From Nitrospinota bacterium (GTDB lineage: Bacteria; Nitrospinota_A; UBA7883; JADGGD01): DNA of 64,000 bases. The DNA is taken from NCBI GenBank assembly GCA_942491805.1, contig CALOCG010000031.1:20514-84513 (forward strand), given 5' to 3'. The notes beneath the pieces are model-generated. The model was not told the origin of the DNA and did no database searches. It was given only the letters and a program-made list of their open reading frames with translations. The position numbers were made by a program, and so were the translations under genes. Positions 48,896 to 57,790 of the stretch are shown piece by piece. Position 1 is the stretch's first letter. Each line of letters begins with the position of its first letter.

Positions 48896-49849
48896 ATGCA
48901 CCATATTTACGCATCCACCGTTTTTCGGGCGACTGCGGGCTCAGAAATAACGGGGTACCTATACAAAATACGGTGGCCAACGAGAGACGTCATCAAAAGG
49001 ATTGCGGTCCCTTTCTCGTCGGGCGATCGTTTATGGGGCGCCCGAGGCGGGAATCGGGGAGGAAGAGGAGTCGCCTTCTTTGGGGGAAAGGTTTACATGG
49101 CCACGGCTACGGCGATTCTTGTTTACGACACCAACCTGTGTCTGTTGGATTCTATTCGCCATGATTACATAACGGGTATCCACGAGATCATCGTCGACTC
49201 GTCAGGCATCATGGTCACCAGTACGCTCCATGACGCTCTCGTCAAGATAGACCATAGGGGAGAGGTTGTCTTCGAGTGGTGGGGGAGTCAAAGCGAACAG
49301 ATGCAAAGGCTCTTTCATTTTCTCCCTCGAGAGCTCGTACTCGACCACCGTGATTTTAACGCCATGCCCGACGAAGCGTACGAAAGGTACGCCAACGACG
49401 AGCGGTTGCATTTAAACGCAGCGGCCCACCAAGGAGAAGAGTGGTACATTTTGTCGAACCGCAAAAGGGCTATCATACGTATCCATCCCGGCCCGGAGAC
49501 GATCATTGTGCAAGACGATGAGTTGATCTCACCCCACAATCTAATTCTCACCGATACCGGAAGATTCATTTTGAACAATACCGGTCGTCAACAGGTCAGG
49601 GTGTATGCGCGAAACGGCGATCTGTTGTCGGTCATCGACACGTTTCAGTACCAAAGCGATGAATCGCGCCAATTCGCCAACGCCGGATGGCAACGTGGCC
49701 TTATTCATTTGGAGGGAGACCGTTATCTTTGCGGAACCTCGCCAGCGACTATTTTCGAAGTTGATATCGCGTCGGGTCGAGTTGCCCCGACCCTTCGGTT
49801 GGATGATGACGTTCGCCATTGCATTCATGGCTTGGGGGTCGAAGGGTGA
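48896..49849 (+). CDS. hypothetical protein (beta-rich, possibly propeller-like)
   Basis: ORF 48872..49849 (TTG), or ATG 48896. Visibly AT-richer than its neighbours. No motif I can name; it has repeated hydrophobic-strand patterns. Confidence 0.4.
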   Translation: MHHIYASTVFRATAGSEITGYLYKIRWPTRDVIKRIAVPFSSGDRLWGARGGNRGGRGVAFFGGKVYMATATAILVYDTNLCLLDSIRHDYITGIHEIIVDSSGIMVTSTLHDALVKIDHRGEVVFEWWGSQSEQMQRLFHFLPRELVLDHRDFNAMPDEAYERYANDERLHLNAAAHQGEEWYILSNRKRAIIRIHPGPETIIVQDDELISPHNLILTDTGRFILNNTGRQQVRVYARNGDLLSVIDTFQYQSDESRQFANAGWQRGLIHLEGDRYLCGTSPATIFEVDIASGRVAPTLRLDDDVRHCIHGLGVEG

Positions 49850-49851
49850 GC

Positions 49852-52800
49852 ATGAATCCCGCGAGGGTGATCCCGAGAGACGCGACGTGCGGCCTTTCCC
49901 GCAAAAGGAAAGGCGTTCGGGGAATAAGCCTCGTCATCCCGACATTCAATCGCGGATGGTACTTGGAGAAGAGCCTGAACTCTCTTTCCCATACCAAGGC
50001 GCCCAAGGATCTATTTGAAATCCTGGTCATCGATGACGGCAGTTGCGACCAGACGGAACTTATGGTCGCGACCTTCGAAAACCGTCTCCCCGTTCGGTAT
50101 CTTCGTATCCGTGCGGGAGGGGCGACCAGGAATTGTAGCGTGGCTCGGAATGTTGGCGTCATCGAGGCTCGTTTTCCGGTGGTGGCGACCACCGATCCGG
50201 AAATCCTCTTCACCGCAGATGTCGTATCGATCCTTCTCGAACGCTTTCGACGAAGACGAAAGTCCTATGTGACCGCCGGAGGGTTTATTAAACTTGATCG
50301 GAAAAGAACTCTTGAGCTTGCGAGCGAGCTTGCGGAGAGGCAGGGCTTCATCAGCGAAAAGCAGGTGGTCGGGGAATATGATTCGCTCCAGATGAAAGGA
50401 GAGGGACGCTTCGCCGATCTCATGGCGGCGTTCGTTCCGGGGTCCTGTGATCGAAAGGAATGGCGATGGCTTTTCGACCAGTACGACGGTTTTCCGCAAC
50501 GGGTTCATCCCCACGACCCCCATGTGCTTCTCGCTGTGTGGAGAGACGATCTCTTGGCGGTAGGGGGATACGACGAGCGTTTTCGTGTTTGGGGAAGCGA
50601 AGATACCGATCTCTTGCGACGTCTCGAGACCAACATGAGTCTGAAGCGAAATTATGATTCGGCGCTAAAAGGGGTGCACCTGTGGCACACGGAAGAGGGG
50701 GGGCTGGGCGGCGCAGGGGACGAGCCTGAGGCGCGGGCCTCCGCCCGTTCGGCGAGGGTGTTCCTTACCCAACGCCAAAGAGTCGCCGCCTATCGGAGCC
50801 GGAACGGGAAGGCGCGAATATCCCCGTTCGTGGCAGGAGATATCCCACAAGCGTCGGTGGCTTTGGCGTCGCAGGATGACACGATCACGCCGACCCTCTA
50901 CGCCTCCTGTCTCGCTGAAGCGGGTGGCGACGAATGGGATGATCGGGTGAACGAATTGTTCGGCGGCCATTGCGCCGTCGCCGACCGTCTCGCCTGGCGG
51001 GGGCGACCACAAGCCGCCATGGAAACATACCGATATGCCCTCATGCGTCCTTGGGAACGATCCCCACGGACGATGGCCAAAGGGATCGCCATCGCGTGGC
51101 GGGTTACCTCGAAGCGATTGGTCCAAGAACTCCTTCGGGAACCAGAGCTGTTCGATCGCTACACTCTGGCCCTTCATGCGACTATATCGCTTGCGCGATT
51201 GGAGGGGGAGCAGGGGAATCGCGATACGGGTCTTCGCCTGATTGACGCCATCCCAAGCCAAATTGAACGCCCGTACCGAGTCGATTGGTGTCGCGCGTCT
51301 CTCTTGCGCCGACACGGAGATGAAGAGTGGGCTGAAGAGCTCTTGTGGAAAGCCCAAAAAGAAAGTGGCGGATGGTCCCTCGATCGACAGCGTATCGAAC
51401 TCGAACTGAGCGCTCTTCTTATCAGACGAGGGAAACGGGCGAGGGCGAAGTCCCTTGCCGCTGGTTGCGCTCGACGGCTCGACCGGTTCTTGTCGCCCCG
51501 TTTCGACAGCTCTACCTGCGAATATCTTGCCCATCCGGTGGTGGAAGCCCTCATGGCGGTCGACGAGCCCGAAGAGGCATGGCGCGTCATACGGCCCATA
51601 GCCACCCGTTCTTCCAGAAGTTTCGGGATCGTAAAGCGAGCGATAGAGATCGGATGCGTCGTCAGCGATGAAGAGGGGGTGGTCTCGCTTCTGTCAGAGG
51701 CATGCCGACGATTTCCCGAAAGGAGCGCTATGGCGTCGCTTGCGTCGGCGATGGAATCTTTCCAAGAAGCGAGAGGCGATACGATCTGCAGGAAACTAGC
51801 GGCGTCGCTCACTGAGCGGGGAGGGAGTCCATTCGTTCGAGCTTGGCTGGAAATGAATGAGAGCCACAAGGCGCGCAAGGAGTTTGTGACGACGCTCGAC
51901 GGAATTCCGCCAGAGGTTGTCGTCCATTCGCTCGTCATGCTCAATGACGATCACCTTTTGGGAGCGCTTCACGAAGATGAAACGGTCATCCGAGCTGCGA
52001 TGGAAACGCGGGAACTCCCGCAAGTCCTTCGGTATGTGGAGGCGCTTATACGTATAGGTCATACGGATGATGCCTCGAAATTCCTTCTTCAACCCTCGAT
52101 CCGAGATGCCGCCGCAGAGACAAAACTTGGACGGATCGAAGTTCGTTTCACTCTTGGGTTGCTTCGATGTTCCCATCTCGGCGAAGCTATCAAATATTTA
52201 AAACGGTTACATGCAAAACAATGCGTGTATGGAGCCAATGATTGCGCCGGAGCCTTGGCGGTCACTCGACTGCTCCAGAAAGAGGGAGCGTTGGATATGG
52301 CCGCCTCGTACCTATCCTCCCCCAAAGTGATTTCCGTCGGCCTTATGACCGATGCGAATGTGAACGCCATGGCGAGAGCTATCGCGGATATCCTTGGCCC
52401 CGGCAAGACCGATACGTTCCTGAAACGCGCTTTTCGACAGAAAGGGGTTATTCCCCAAGCGATCGCTCTAAGGGCGGTCACTGCGCAGGCTACCGGCAAG
52501 CGCCGCGTCGCTCAAAGGTTTTGGCGTGAGGCTCTCCAAGCTGATCGGGATCGAAACGGCGTTGTGGCCTTGTTGCCACTACTGATCAAATGGAAGGGGG
52601 TCGAAACGGTCGCTCTCGTAGCGACAACCGAGGGAATCCCGGAAGAAGATCCTCTGTGGTCACTGTTGAATTATGCGCGGTCGGTGTTGGCGGAGCAGGC
52701 AGGGGACCGTTTGGGAGCGAGCCGTTTCCGTCGACTGGTGGCCGAGGCCCCGGTGACGGAACGAACCCTTCCCTATATCGTTTCAGCTCTCTATCATCTG

Positions 52801-52926
52801 GGAGTGGCGTGTCTGAACCGACGCGATAAAAAAGAGGCTCGCCATTACTTCACCAAAGTGATCGCTTTACGCCCCGATCATCGAAAGGCCAGAGCGTCGT
52901 TGGATAAACTGGAGAAAAGCTCGTGA
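49852..52926 (+). CDS. family 2 glycosyltransferase fused to a long helical/TPR region
   Basis: ATG lies 2 nt after the previous stop. ISLVIPTFNRGWYLEKSLNSL...EILVIDDGSCDQT is the GT2 N-terminus. The C-terminus ends in a clear TPR (YHLGVACLNRRDKKEARHYFTKVIALRPDHRKA). Confidence 0.7.
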   Translation: MNPARVIPRDATCGLSRKRKGVRGISLVIPTFNRGWYLEKSLNSLSHTKAPKDLFEILVIDDGSCDQTELMVATFENRLPVRYLRIRAGGATRNCSVARNVGVIEARFPVVATTDPEILFTADVVSILLERFRRRRKSYVTAGGFIKLDRKRTLELASELAERQGFISEKQVVGEYDSLQMKGEGRFADLMAAFVPGSCDRKEWRWLFDQYDGFPQRVHPHDPHVLLAVWRDDLLAVGGYDERFRVWGSEDTDLLRRLETNMSLKRNYDSALKGVHLWHTEEGGLGGAGDEPEARASARSARVFLTQRQRVAAYRSRNGKARISPFVAGDIPQASVALASQDDTITPTLYASCLAEAGGDEWDDRVNELFGGHCAVADRLAWRGRPQAAMETYRYALMRPWERSPRTMAKGIAIAWRVTSKRLVQELLREPELFDRYTLALHATISLARLEGEQGNRDTGLRLIDAIPSQIERPYRVDWCRASLLRRHGDEEWAEELLWKAQKESGGWSLDRQRIELELSALLIRRGKRARAKSLAAGCARRLDRFLSPRFDSSTCEYLAHPVVEALMAVDEPEEAWRVIRPIATRSSRSFGIVKRAIEIGCVVSDEEGVVSLLSEACRRFPERSAMASLASAMESFQEARGDTICRKLAASLTERGGSPFVRAWLEMNESHKARKEFVTTLDGIPPEVVVHSLVMLNDDHLLGALHEDETVIRAAMETRELPQVLRYVEALIRIGHTDDASKFLLQPSIRDAAAETKLGRIEVRFTLGLLRCSHLGEAIKYLKRLHAKQCVYGANDCAGALAVTRLLQKEGALDMAASYLSSPKVISVGLMTDANVNAMARAIADILGPGKTDTFLKRAFRQKGVIPQAIALRAVTAQATGKRRVAQRFWREALQADRDRNGVVALLPLLIKWKGVETVALVATTEGIPEEDPLWSLLNYARSVLAEQAGDRLGASRFRRLVAEAPVTERTLPYIVSALYHLGVACLNRRDKKEARHYFTKVIALRPDHRKARASLDKLEKSS

Positions 52927-54704
52927 TACCGCATGCGTCAAACCGGGGGAGGCCAACGGTCGCACTTTTTATATACGACGACCTGCAAAGCGATGCGCTG
53001 AGCCTCTTTGGCGGCTCCCGTCCGACGCCAACCTTCGACTTTTTCGCATCGAAGGGGATCGCCTATCGCTCGTGTCGTCCCCACGGAGAAGAGTCGTGGG
53101 TCTCCTTGGCCGCGTTGCTGACCGGGAGATGGCCGCATAATAGCGGCGCTCATCCCTTACGATCACGAGACGCCCGGCCTATGGCCGAAGGATATCTCTA
53201 TCCGGGTGTCATCGACCTTGCTACGGCCGCCTACGACCACCACTATACGGTCAAGGTCTTTAATCTTCCTGATCTCAACGCGACCGTTCCGAAAGTGGCG
53301 TGGCACAACCGAGGGATCGTAGCTCCACATGTCGAACAGATCGCCGATCTTCTCGCCAGAAAAAGAGGGCGTCCTCTCTTTCTCGTCGATCGGTTTCGCA
53401 GCGTCAATCCGCTGCATAATGACGACGCTTCCCGGTGGGCCCTCCGGGCGGCTTTGGCCGGCGACATCGATGCCGGTCGCCATCTTCGGAACAGGAGAGA
53501 AAAGCGGGCTGCGCAAGAAGATCGCCGACTGGGGGCGATGCTCTCCACCCTGACTGACTTTGTCGAGCCGGATCGTTTGGTGGTGGCGGTGGTCGGCCTC
53601 CCGGGACCGTACGCTCGGATGGGTGGAGCGGATCATCGGGTGAAGTATCCCCTGCTTCTCTGGAAGGGTGACGGGTCGCTTTCAGGGAGACATGACGACG
53701 GATTCGCTCGCCAAGTGGATATCGCTCCCACTCTTGCGGCGTTGGCGCGGTTTGATGGGTTTTCAGCTGTCGATGGGGTGAATCTCCTTGATCATCCCCT
53801 TCCGCCTCAGGAGACGATCGCTCTAAAAGGGAACGAGCTGTGGTCCGAACCGGCGTCTCTTTTGGAGGAGGCTCGGGGGGCGTTGGGGGGAAATATTACG
53901 GAAGCCTTGCCCACCACCGGGGGGCCGATCATCCGAAAACGAATGGTTTTCGTCACCGCCCATCCCCGTTCCGGCACCATGTTCTTCAGCAAGCTTTTCC
54001 AGGGGAAAGAGTTTGCCAACGTTTTTTGTCCCCATCATAATTGGCCCGATCTTTATGAAGTCAACGAGCTTTACGGCGCCGGGGTGATGAGCCGGGAAGC
54101 GGCTCGGCAGGCCATCGTGACCGCCAGCCGGGAGGCGATGGCCCGCCCCGAAGAGGTGGTCGTTTCCGTCTCTCACAATAGCTATTATCTTCTCGATTTG
54201 TTGGCCGAGGTCTTTGTGAATAGTCGCTTCGTCTTTGTGACCCGCGACCCGCGCGCGGCCATTGTCTCCGAAGCGAATTGGCCTTGGAACACGCAGCAAG
54301 TGGAGGGACACACGTGTCGGCAGGAGACTGAAGTGGGGCGGCTAAACGAACTCCGTCGTCAAATCCCTGAGATCGGTTGGGTCGACTATTCCGCCCGCCG
54401 TTGGCGTGAGATCACCGGTCGTTCGTTGGAGGTGATGGACCGTCTGGGTGAACGAGGTTTGGTGGTTCGCTTTGAAGAACTGTTCGACGGTGATCAAAGG
54501 TATCCGGGTATGCGCGCAATCGCAGAATTCCTGTCCGGTGTAGTCCGTATCCCGCAGGAGGAGGCATGGTTGGCGGCAAGGATGGGAACAAAGGTGAACT
54601 CTTTCGACTCGTCGTATCCTTCGTGGGAGCGTTGGACGGATGAAGATCGGCAGGCTCTCTCTTTTCAGTGCGCCCCTCTCATGAAGCGGCTGGGATACAT
54701 TTGA
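52923..54704 (+). CDS. fusion protein: degenerate sulfatase/alkaline-phosphatase-fold domain + PAPS-type sulfotransferase domain
   Basis: GTGA overlap with the upstream gene. The N-terminal half has the sulfatase layout (VALFIYDDLQSD ... LAALLTGRWPHNSG ... VDIAPTLAAL), but SWVSL replaces C/S-x-P-x-R. The C-terminal half has the 5'-PSB-like FVTAHPRSGTMFFSKL and the later FVTRDPRAAIVS. Confidence 0.6.
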   Translation: MIPHASNRGRPTVALFIYDDLQSDALSLFGGSRPTPTFDFFASKGIAYRSCRPHGEESWVSLAALLTGRWPHNSGAHPLRSRDARPMAEGYLYPGVIDLATAAYDHHYTVKVFNLPDLNATVPKVAWHNRGIVAPHVEQIADLLARKRGRPLFLVDRFRSVNPLHNDDASRWALRAALAGDIDAGRHLRNRREKRAAQEDRRLGAMLSTLTDFVEPDRLVVAVVGLPGPYARMGGADHRVKYPLLLWKGDGSLSGRHDDGFARQVDIAPTLAALARFDGFSAVDGVNLLDHPLPPQETIALKGNELWSEPASLLEEARGALGGNITEALPTTGGPIIRKRMVFVTAHPRSGTMFFSKLFQGKEFANVFCPHHNWPDLYEVNELYGAGVMSREAARQAIVTASREAMARPEEVVVSVSHNSYYLLDLLAEVFVNSRFVFVTRDPRAAIVSEANWPWNTQQVEGHTCRQETEVGRLNELRRQIPEIGWVDYSARRWREITGRSLEVMDRLGERGLVVRFEELFDGDQRYPGMRAIAEFLSGVVRIPQEEAWLAARMGTKVNSFDSSYPSWERWTDEDRQALSFQCAPLMKRLGYI

Positions 54705-54778
54705 TTGGCGGCGAAAAAACAGAAGAGCTTATTCAGACAGCACAAAGATCAACAGCGCACCAAAAGAGAGATTAAATC

Positions 54779-55150
54779 ATGGCGTTATCTCCCAATCCTT
54801 ATGGGATCACCCTCGTCTCCTTCGGGTTTCGTTACGGTATCCCCAGGGCGAACTACTACTTTGACGTGAACTTTGCGAAGAACCCGGCGCGGGAGGAAAT
54901 CTGGGGTTTCTTCGCGCAACCCGACCACCAGATGCGCTCATACGTGCTTGAGCAGGAAAGCGTCGCCACGTTTATCGATCATACGGAGCCGTTGCTCGCC
55001 TTTCTTGCGACTCTGGACCAGCGACAGGTCTGCGCGTTCGGTTGCAGCGCCGGACGACACCGGAGCCCTATCATCATTGACGAACTGGCCGAGCGTCTGA
55101 AGGGACGACGCATTCACACGCAGATCGTGCATCGGGATAGCGATGACTGA
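54779..55150 (+). CDS. stand-alone RapZ C-terminal-domain-like protein
   Basis: 123 aa. LVSFGFRYGIPRANYYFDVNFAKNP ... FGCSAGRHRSPIIIDELAERL ... HRD parallels the E. coli RapZ C-terminal domain ([24 protein letters not shown] ... [20 protein letters not shown] ... HR). The N-terminal P-loop domain is absent. Confidence 0.7.
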   Translation: MALSPNPYGITLVSFGFRYGIPRANYYFDVNFAKNPAREEIWGFFAQPDHQMRSYVLEQESVATFIDHTEPLLAFLATLDQRQVCAFGCSAGRHRSPIIIDELAERLKGRRIHTQIVHRDSDD

Positions 55151-56823
55151 TACAAACGCCCCGTCGGGGATATGGACCGAGGAGGGAGAGCTTGCGCCGC
55201 TGTACGATGGGTGGAAGCGTCAGCCCTTTCGTGGCGATGTGGCCGTCATCCTCGTCAGCAAAGACCGCCCCGATCTTGTGGAGCAGACCATACGCCAAGT
55301 CCGGTCCATGGGGCATGGACTCACCGTAGACATCTATGTGATCGAGATGGGAACGGCTGAGGAGAATCTTACACCCCACACCTCATTCCGGTATGAGGAA
55401 GAGCGGTTCCGAGGCAAGTGCTACGGGCACAACGTCGGTTTGCGGTATGTCGCCGAGCGGGGGAGGTACCGGTACTATTGGTTCCTGATGAACGATCTTG
55501 TCTTTCCTCCGGGGGGAAGACACCATTGGAGTTATGGCGTCGGTGATGGCGGCGAACTCCCATATCGGCGTCATGAGTCCGGCGGAGCCCGAGGGGCCTT
55601 ATCCGTCCTGCGCTCCGGAGAAGGGGCGCGATTACCACCCGGTATCGACTTGCGATTATCTGGCTCTTTTCGTTCGGGGGGAATGCGTGGAGAAATACGG
55701 ATTTTTGAATCCAGCATTCAAATATTCCTGGGGGGCCATTCATGAGTACGCCTACCGGCTCTACACGGACGGGTGGAAGGTCGCCTATTGCGACCGGGTG
55801 ACAATGCGTCATTTGGGGGGAACCACCTATGGAAAAGTGAAAGGGGCGGTCAGCCGTGAAAAGTACCAGCTCCTGGCGAAGCAGTTCGCCGCTCGCTATT
55901 TTGTCGAGACCTACGGCAAAGAGTGGGACACTCTTTTCGGAAACGTTCTCCCCGAGGACATCGCCATTAACACCTTCCCCAGACATCGGCGTCTCTGGGA
56001 GACCGCCCTCGACGAGCAAGAGCGGGAAGCCCTTAATGCGAAGAGAGAACCGGTGGGAGGGAGCGTGTTGGAGCGTAAGATAGAAGCGCTCCATCCTTGG
56101 TATTACGACGTGATGATCGGCCCCTATCGGGTGACCCCTGGCGTTGGGTCGCGCGAGACCGCCGAGCAACTGCGTCAGCGGAAGAACTACTCCGAAACCT
56201 TGTGGGTCGATGAGGTCGCATGTCGCTGTGAGATCAAAGGAAAGCGGATCCTCGATGTCGCTTCGAACTGCGCTTATTATTCCTCTCGCTATGCCGAACG
56301 GGGAGCTGTCTCCGTTACGGCTGTCGAGGGGCGCGCTTCGTATGTCGAGCAGGGGAAGCTCTACTGGGAAAACAATGACTTTCTTCCTGAAGATAAAATC
56401 AGATTCATCCACGGCGATGTGACCGACGGTAAAACATGGCGGCAGGTGGAAGCCGACGGCCCGTACGATATTTCGCTTTGTTGCGGAATCCTCTACCATA
56501 TCGCCGACGCGGAAACCCTCCTGCGACGGATCGCCCGGGTTACGTCGGAAGCCATGTTGGTCGATACGAGGGTGGGGGACGACACCGGTATGGTTGTCGA
56601 ACCGGGAGGGTGGTGTTTCGACGCCATCGCTCAGACCAGAGAAAAACGGATTCCGACACTCGAGTCGTTGGTGACGCTTCTGGAAGAGCTTGGATTCGCC
56701 TGCGAGAGAATCGAAACCTCCGCCCCGGTCCCCGAGGGGATGAAAGGGGGGGACGACTACGCGATCGGCAAGCGGGTCGCCTTGCTCGCTACACGAAAGG
56801 TAGGCTCGGATCGTGGAGAGTGA
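55143..56823 (+). pseudogene. GT2-like domain fused to class I SAM methyltransferase (DUF1698-like), frame interrupted once (possible artefact)
   Basis: The N-terminal part is in ORF 55143..55745 (VAVILVSKDRPDLVEQTI...YYWFLMNDLVFPP). The continuation is in ORF 55498..56823 (EDTIGVMASVM...DYLALFVRGE...). The methyltransferase core is KRILDVASNCAYYSSRYAERGA...LCCGILYHIAD. The switch is at the G6 run 55511-55516. Confidence 0.65.
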
Positions 56824-57790
56824 CCTTTTGTCACGCAAGCGACGGTACGATTCCGTTCAGATTGAGCTGACGAACCATTGCAACTATCGTTGCGCGCGAT
56901 GTCCCCAGTCGACGTCTCACGGTCTTGAGGAGAGGGGCTTTGATCGTCACAAGGGGTATATGCCCATCGACCTGTTTCGACAGGCCTTCGAAGAGTCTTC
57001 CACCGTAACCGACGTGATCAATTTCAGCTTCTTTGGCGAACCCACGTTGCATCCGGCCTTCGATGAAATCATGAGGTATGTCTCTGATCGGCGGGAGGGG
57101 CTTGCGATCGTCATCAACACCAATCTTTCTCGTATGACCCATGCGATGTTCGAGTCCGTTCTGGCCGGAAGGATCGACGAGCTACGAGTAAGCGTCGATG
57201 CCGCTACGCCGGAAATCTACGACCGGGTTCGTCCCGGCAGGGGCGTGGTCGATCTGGAAGGAAGACCGACCAAGGATCGGTTTGCGGCGATTGAACGAAA
57301 ACTCAAAGCTTGGAGCCGTATCAAAGACCATTGCCGTACGCGCCATGTCTATACGGTGAGTAGCGTCAATCTCGTTGATCTTCCCGCATATGTCGATCGT
57401 TGGGCGCCGACACTGACGGGTGAGGATCATATTCTTGCGAAAATCGTCCTGACCTACGGAGGACTTATGAATGATCCTTTGGTGGAGCCACACCCCTGCA
57501 CCGTTTGGGATCGGGTGTCGCTTACCATTGATTGGACGGGGAGGATGTCGCCCTGCAACCTCGATACGAACATGAGTTTATCAGTGGGACGCCTAGGTGA
57601 AGAGGAGCTTGCGACGCTACCCTCCGGCCATGCGTGGAAGCTGATGCGGGAACGTTCTGAAGAGGCTCGGTGCGCGCCCTGCGACCGGTGCGTCGATGCG
57701 AATAACTGGAGCCAAAACAGGCTTTTCAGAAAGGGCGACCGCATTCTTCCTCGTGAGGCGGCGGCGTGGTTTGGAGGGGCGGTGTATTGA
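56813..57790 (+). CDS. radical SAM protein with Cys-rich (SPASM/twitch-like) C-terminus
   Basis: GTG start overlapping the upstream gene by 11 nt. IELTNHCNYRCARCPQ is the CxxxCxxC cluster. C-terminal cysteines: CTVWD...SPCNLD...CAPCDRC. Confidence 0.8.
   Translation: MESDLLSRKRRYDSVQIELTNHCNYRCARCPQSTSHGLEERGFDRHKGYMPIDLFRQAFEESSTVTDVINFSFFGEPTLHPAFDEIMRYVSDRREGLAIVINTNLSRMTHAMFESVLAGRIDELRVSVDAATPEIYDRVRPGRGVVDLEGRPTKDRFAAIERKLKAWSRIKDHCRTRHVYTVSSVNLVDLPAYVDRWAPTLTGEDHILAKIVLTYGGLMNDPLVEPHPCTVWDRVSLTIDWTGRMSPCNLDTNMSLSVGRLGEEELATLPSGHAWKLMRERSEEARCAPCDRCVDANNWSQNRLFRKGDRILPREAAAWFGGAVY

Noticed and set aside
55369-56838. 489-aa minus-strand ORF
   Set aside because: Antisense to the GT/methyltransferase fusion, whose methyltransferase motifs are clear.
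56813-57790. Radical SAM enzyme as an anaerobic sulfatase-maturating enzyme for the neighbouring sulfatase-like domain
   Set aside because: The sulfatase-like domain lacks the C/S-x-P-x-R target motif that anSME modifies. At 325 aa the enzyme is shorter than typical anSMEs. Not excluded, but unsupported.
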